This document shows, piece by piece, positions 57,878-64,000 of a stretch of DNA of 64,000 bases. A program made the translations under genes and the position numbers. Below the pieces are notes generated by a model. That model was not told where the DNA came from. It saw only the letters and a program-made list of their open reading frames with translations, and did not search any database. This DNA is from Eledone cirrhosa (lineage: Eukaryota), in NCBI GenBank assembly GCA_964016885.1, contig OZ024740.1, positions 344,658,001 to 344,722,000 of the forward strand, given 5' to 3'. Every line of letters starts with the position of its first letter. Positions within the stretch are counted from its first letter, which is position 1.

Positions 57878-58088
57878 ATATATAAACAACTATCTGGTTG
57901 TGGAATCAACCAACCAACCAGAAACTTATAAGTTTGTAGATTTGTAAATTTATAAATATATAATAAATTGAAGTGAAAGCAATGGTGCGTGTGTTTCTTA
58001 TTGGCAACATGACCCTCCCAAAGTATAACAATATCGGTTTCAACACACGATTTCAGATAAAGAATCTTGCTAAACAAATTCAGAAACG

Positions 58089-58159
<71 letters not shown>

Positions 58160-58234
58160 AGTGTGTGTACATGTATATAAATATCTATTTTGTATACACA
58201 CACACACACGCACACACATATATATATACATATA

Positions 58235-58653
58235 CAAGGTGGCGGACTGGGTTTAAAAATATTGGTTGCCAGTGGCTGAAGGGGCCCGACCTATATATAG
58301 AATACTATCATTTAATTTTTATAATGAATAAATAACATTTTCGAAAAATACATAAGGGGAAACAAAACAGTGCAATCAAATTTTTGCGGAAAAATATCTT
58401 CTCCAATAAAAATATTATGTATTTTGCGAAATCCAGAGACTTTCAATAATTGTTTCTACTTTAGGCACAAGGCCAGCAATTACCCAGTGCATTACTGGTA
58501 CTTTATTTTATCGACCCCGTAAGGATGAAAGGCAAAGTCAACCTCGGCGGGATTTGAACTCAGATCGTAAAAGGACGTAACTATGCTGTAAAGCATGGCG
58601 TCCGACCCTCTACCGATACTGCCAATCCACCGCCAGAGACTTTCAATAATGAC
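58235..58653 (+). mobile_element. DNA-transposon-like end (CAGTGGCGGA-type), copy 1, carrying a SINE insertion
   Basis: Direct homolog of 59382-59600. Confidence 0.65.
58451..58634 (-). mobile_element. tRNA SINE with ~16-17 bp target-site duplication
   Basis: cagagactttcaataat at 58434-58450 and 58634-58650. Confidence 0.95.
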
Positions 58654-58726
58654 CAGAAGTCGACACTAAATATTACTAATAGTTCTAGGAAAGCCATGAA
58701 TGAAACCACATCTTTTTAACTTTGAT

Positions 58727-59024
58727 TTTGAAAGTATGTTTATAATTCTCAATTTTCATTATACTTTCGTAGCGGTCTCGGTGTCCTAGTTGGAGGAATC
58801 ATAGACGGTGGTGATCCTGGTTTGAAGTTCGATCCTGGTCGGGAGTCGGGTTCCCGGTAATCTTTTTCATTTTTTTTTTCTATTGGTAGTAAAATAAAAA
58901 TGTACCTCTTGACCAGTATTGAACCCAAGATCAGGATCTCCACCGCCTCTAGTACCTACCGCTAGGCCACAGAGACAATTACGAAAACCTTATGAAAATT
59001 CATACTGATAAACCTACTTTCAAA
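58727..59024. other. Inverted pair of tRNA-like Pol III units
   Basis: Diverged ~120-bp arms, each with an A box and a B box, converging on T-runs. Confidence 0.65.
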
Positions 59025-59328
59025 GTTTTCAAAACAGTGTTGTTGTGTCGTCCATGTCGTTCTTAATGTTGTTGCTCCTACTTAAGGTCGACTTTTAAAT
59101 CCTGTGGGTGTTCCATGAACTACATCCTCGTTTTGTTTCACATCTATCTAGACAATATTTTTACCTGTAATCCATGTTTCATTTCCGTTGCACCTCATTC
59201 CTCATTCCTCCCTCCCCCTCTCTCTCTCTCTTTCTCTCTGTGATATTTGAATCTGTTATGATTTGGGCCTACTTTATTCATATATATATGTTTTTGCATG
59301 ACAGATTCAAACTTACAATGATTGCATT

Positions 59329-59381
<53 letters not shown>

Positions 59382-59384
<3 letters not shown>

Positions 59385-59600
59385 TGGCAGATTAGGTCTA
59401 AAAATATTGGTTGGCAGATGAAGGGGGCCCACCTACATATAGAATCCTATCATTTAATTTTTATAATGAATAAATAACATCTTGAAAAAATACATAAGTG
59501 CAAACAAAACAGTGCAATCAGATTTTGCGGAAAAATATCTTACCTTCTCTAATAAAAAATATTATGTATTTTGCGAAATCCAGAGACTTTCAATAATGAC
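59382..59600 (+). mobile_element. DNA-transposon-like end, copy 2 (empty SINE site)
   Basis: Single cagagactttcaataatgac at 59581-59600. Confidence 0.65.
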
Positions 59601-59636
59601 GTTTGGTCTTTCACAATCACTCAATATATATATATT

Positions 59637-59688
<52 letters not shown>

Positions 59689-59761
59689 TGTGTGTATGTG
59701 TGTGTATGTGTGTGTGTGCGTGCGTGTGTATACACCACCTTCACCACTAAATGATTTGACA

Positions 59762-60137
59762 GATGTTTTTAACCCATTGGTTTACGTTGCATCCTTTCGG
59801 GGTAATAAATTAAAGTACCAGTAATGCATTGGTATAGATTTAATCGACTTCCGCCCCAAATAGTTGGCCTTATGCCTAAATCAGAAACTATTATTATTAC
59901 TACTATCAGTGTGATAGTGGTGGACTTTCAGTATCGGCAGAGGGTTGGACGCTATGCGTTGTAGTACAGAGTTACGGTCCTTTATGATCTTAGTTCAAAT
60001 CCCACCGAGGTTATCTTTGCCTTTCATCATTGCGGGGTCGATAAAATAAAGTACCAGTCACGCACTGGTGTCGCTTTAATCGACTTTCCCCTCCCCCAAA
60101 ATTGCAGGCCTTTTGCCTATGAAAGAAACCATTATTA
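59762..60137 (+). mobile_element. Two tandem tRNA SINEs (one partial, one full)
   Basis: Core catcctttcggggtaataaattaaagtacc near 59790, and a full copy at ~59912-60137. Confidence 0.88.
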
Positions 60138-60773
60138 CGCTGAATATGAACAAATTCATTCAACGTGTTTATTTATTTATTTATTTATTTACTTTTTGGG
60201 TGTAGTCTGTCTAGTGCGACTTGTTCCTACTGAAGTGATGACCTTTTACTGGGTATCGTATCGTAACATTTACCATACACACCTCCTGAACGGCCATCCG
60301 CTCATTTCAGTTCCTTTTTACCTCACGGCACTACACAAAATCTAAATTTATACGTCCAAATCACATACCAACTCGCAAGCACGCACACACCCAGACACAT
60401 ATGAATGGATACACGCACACACATAGGCACATGAATATGCGTGTATCCCAATACGCACAAATGTAGCCTTACCAATGCAGTCAAAGACTCACATACGCCC
60501 ACATAAGCAAACAAATAAGCCCGATGCATATATATATCTACACATAATCTCAAAAATCACAAGAAACACTATATTTTGTTGATCGCCAGTCTGCAGAGCA
60601 GGTAAATTGGGCAGTCCGGTCCATAATTTCTATAGTTGACACTGAGCTAATCCTCGGCGAAACGCGTTTAACACAATAAAAAAACTAAATAAATCTAAAT
60701 ACGTGTATACGAAACTTCCTCGTTTAAATCATTAATACATACACGTATATATATATATATATCATTAATACAT

Positions 60774-60886
<113 letters not shown>

Positions 60887-60888
60887 AT

Positions 60889-61034
<146 letters not shown>

Positions 61035-61055
61035 ATATATATATATTGTATATAT

Positions 61056-61138
<83 letters not shown>

Positions 61139-61199
61139 TTAAGGATACTTTTTATGGTTATGTATATACTAAAACCTTTTATAGTTATATATATTTTAA

Positions 61200-62229
61200 A
61201 CCCTAAACAGTGAAAGACAGTAATTTATTACTACCTTATTACCAGTAAGATAAATAGCGCAATGTAATAACATCAGTTGTTCTACAGAGCAGTTATATAG
61301 AAATTACATGAATCAAAGTTCTGTTCAAACCATTTATTAGCTTACAATTGTTTCGTTCAAACCGAGGTTTGGTGTCTTCGGAGCAATTTTTCAATGATAG
61401 TTTACATACATGACCTCCTTTCCAACACAAGAGACATACAGAAACATATGTATATATCGATGCACAGTAGGTTGACATCCATTATAATATTTTAGCATGG
61501 CAATTTACATTCAAAGATTAAAATCATATTAAAAGAAACTTAAAACAAAATTAAATTTTAAATACAACATCGGCAGTTTATGAAGATAATGCAAGAGGAT
61601 AGTTTGAAGTAGTTAGTGTATGCAATAGTTACACGTGGGGCATGCACGTGTGTCCTATTTATATAAGATTATAGTGCGGCAAGGTGTTATATGGAATACA
61701 AGCACTTTAAGCGGGCAATCAAGAGTATTATGGGGGTTGTATTGGTAAAGTATTTTTTATGTATGATATAGAAACTTGTGTGTAGAGAAATATTAATAAT
61801 GAGAAGCAAAATAATGTTATGGTTTTCGTATACACCACCATTTTCACAATCCAGGAAACGTAATATATAGATTATATGTCCTTCACATAATCAACAATGA
61901 TTCAGTATTGGATGCTTGATGAAATTAGGTTAGATTATTACAGCTTGTTGTTCTTTAATCCAATTTTATAGAGCAGGTTGTTTTTGTTGCAAGAATTAAC
62001 ATCGTTTTATTTTCCGGAAGTGTGTGTGTGATTAAGGGGAGTTAATGCGTAAGGGGAGGTAACTAGCTGATTCCTATAACTAAATGTATGTCGCTTGTGT
62101 TGGAAAGGAGGTCATGTATGTAAACAATCATTGAAAAATTGCTCCGAACACTCCAAACCTCGGTATGGACGAAACAATTATAAGCTAATAAATGGTTTGA
62201 ACAGAACTTTGATTCATGTAATTTCTATA

Positions 62230-62238
<9 letters not shown>
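61200..62238 (-). mobile_element. Fold-back element E (~145-bp arms, tail on the left, HHR motif in both arms)
   Basis: Arms 61294-61440 / 62085-62229. HHR consensus gct-CCGAAGA-c-tccaaacc-tc-ggtttgga-c-GAAA-caattg-TA-agc at 61340-61384 (-) and 62141-62185 (+). Confidence 0.88.
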
Positions 62239-62275
<37 letters not shown>

Positions 62276-62292
62276 TATATATATATATATAA

Positions 62293-64000
62293 CTTTCATA
62301 GGTTTCGGCCAGTATTAGCCAAGGCCATGTCTAACTTAATAGCACCACCTGGCGTAGTTTTACAAATTCGTGTTTGGGCACCATAGCCCACTTGAGCAGA
62401 GAGTTACTGTTTACGGAGGCATATCCGGGTTTAGGAGGATTATCCTGGATTTCTTGAAGGAAATTTGTCCAAAGAATTCTTGAACTTGATGGGGTCTGTC
62501 TCTACTTTGATGTGTTTTGGTGTAATGTTAAAGAGTGCAGGGCCAATTAAGGTGAAATAATTATGCCGTATTGTTGTTATGAGATGCGAGTGAGATTTGT
62601 GTCGTGGGCGGATAGCACGGGGCCCAAGCCTTGGCTGTACATTAAAGGTGATGCCAACATCATTTGGGCAAAGCTGATGGAATATTTTCCTCATCATGCA
62701 GATGATGTAGCGTTCACGGCGACGTTGGAGAGAATAAAGTTTGAGCTTTTCTAATCGACTCCAATAGTCAAGGCCTGTCATGTCATCTATCTTTTTTGTT
62801 ATTGACCTTTGGGGTGCTTCAACTTTCATGATACTTTGTTTCGTGTGGGGTGACCACAGTGGACAACAGTATTCAAGGTGGGGTCGGGAAAAAGTGGAGA
62901 AGAGAAGGAAAACAGTGTGTATATCTCTCGACTGGAAAGTTCTGAGAATCCAGGAACACATTCTGAAGCCATATCAACTTTGCTGTTTATATGAGTGGCC
63001 CAGCTTATATTGTTGTCCACAATTACTCCCAGGTCTCTGATGTTATTGGATGCCACTAGAGTTTCAGGGCATCCTTTTTTCCAAAGTGGATTAATTCAAA
63101 CTTATCCTCATTCAACAGCATATTATTCATTTCTGCCCATTGGATAACAGCCAGTATGTCTGACTGAAGGCAAGTCCGGTCACCCACTTCATTGATGACC
63201 CTTTGGAGCTTGGAATCATCTGCGAAGATTTTTATGTTGCTGTGCTTGATGATGTCAGTAATGTCATTAATGTAGATGATGAAAAGAAGTGGGCCCAACA
63301 CAGTGCCATGTGGGACGCCACTGCTAACTTTAGCAGGGCTTGATTTTACTCCTTCGACTACAACATGCTGGCTTCTGCCTGTCAGGAAACATTTAATCCA
63401 CTGTAGTAACCTTCAAGAGACACCAACATTGGATAGTCTTTTACAGTAGAATATTATGATCAACCCTGTCGAAGGCCTTGCTGAAATCAAGGTAGATGAC
63501 ATCAGTGTTGGAGCCCTCTCCCAAGCCTCTCAAAACATCGTCAAAATGATGGAGGAACTGCGTTAGGCAGTCCCTTCCATTACGGAACCCATGTTGGTTG
63601 GAGTTCAGCAGGCCATTGCTTTCAAGAAAGTGGGTTATTCGTGATCTCACCCCCTTCACCCTCTCAAATACCTTGATACTATGAGAGGTGAGTGAGATCG
63701 GACGGCAGTTCACTGCAAGTGACTTATTTCCATTTTTGAAGACTGGGACAGAAAGGTTTCAGGAATATAGCCAGTGTCCAGTGAGTTTCTCCAAAGATTA
63801 GCAGAGGAGATGCAAGTTGGCGTCGACACACCTTCAGGACACAAGCAGGGAACCTGTCGGGGCCTACTGCTGAATTGTGTTTAATTTCATTTATTACCGC
63901 TAAGACATCAGGGGCGCCAAACGTTATGTTTGATATAGTGTGTTGGGGATTAACATCATTGATACAGCCCAGATCGGCCATATCAGGATTGCTAAAAACA
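62293..64000 (-). mobile_element. Relatively young CR1-clade LINE ORF2 (frameshifted), runs off the window edge
   Basis: NCRPISLTSHSIKVFER, YLDFSKAFDRVDH, SGVPHGTVLGPLLFIIYIND, KIFADDSKL, RPHLEYCCPLWSP and LYSLQRRRERY. Confidence 0.96.

Larger units (their letters stand above)
57521..58090 (+). mobile_element. Family C, copy 2: solo pseudo-LTR with inverted arm (non-autonomous)
   Basis: Arms 57521-57701 / 57871-58034, tail 58035-58090 homologous to 3701-3750, (TA)n flanks. Confidence 0.92.

Overview
AT-rich, microsatellite-saturated animal DNA, most likely intronic or intergenic. It is probably from an octopod cephalopod, judged from recall of octopus tRNA-SINE signatures and not from a search. 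No host protein-coding gene can be firmly supported, and most ORFs in the track are translations of (TA)n/(CA)n/(GA)n. The window is dominated by transposon remnants: Penelope-like elements (PLEs, RT and GIY-YIG fragments), CR1, RTE and R4/Dong-type LINEs, a Helitron fragment with an intact 3' end, a Tc1/pogo MITE and about 10 tRNA-derived SINEs. The most striking pattern is a set of about 14 insertions from about 7 unrelated sequence families with one shared architecture: microsatellite, inverted copy of the element's sub-terminal region, variable fold-back point, forward copy, unpaired 50-110 bp tail, microsatellite. Sizes range from a 1.7 kb coding PLE to spacer-less 160-bp palindromes and 35-45 bp hairpins. 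Many carry minimal type I hammerhead ribozyme (HHR) motifs with recurrent non-canonical core features. In one copy the inverted arm ends at the predicted self-cleavage site. All coordinates were read by eye and may be off by a few bases.
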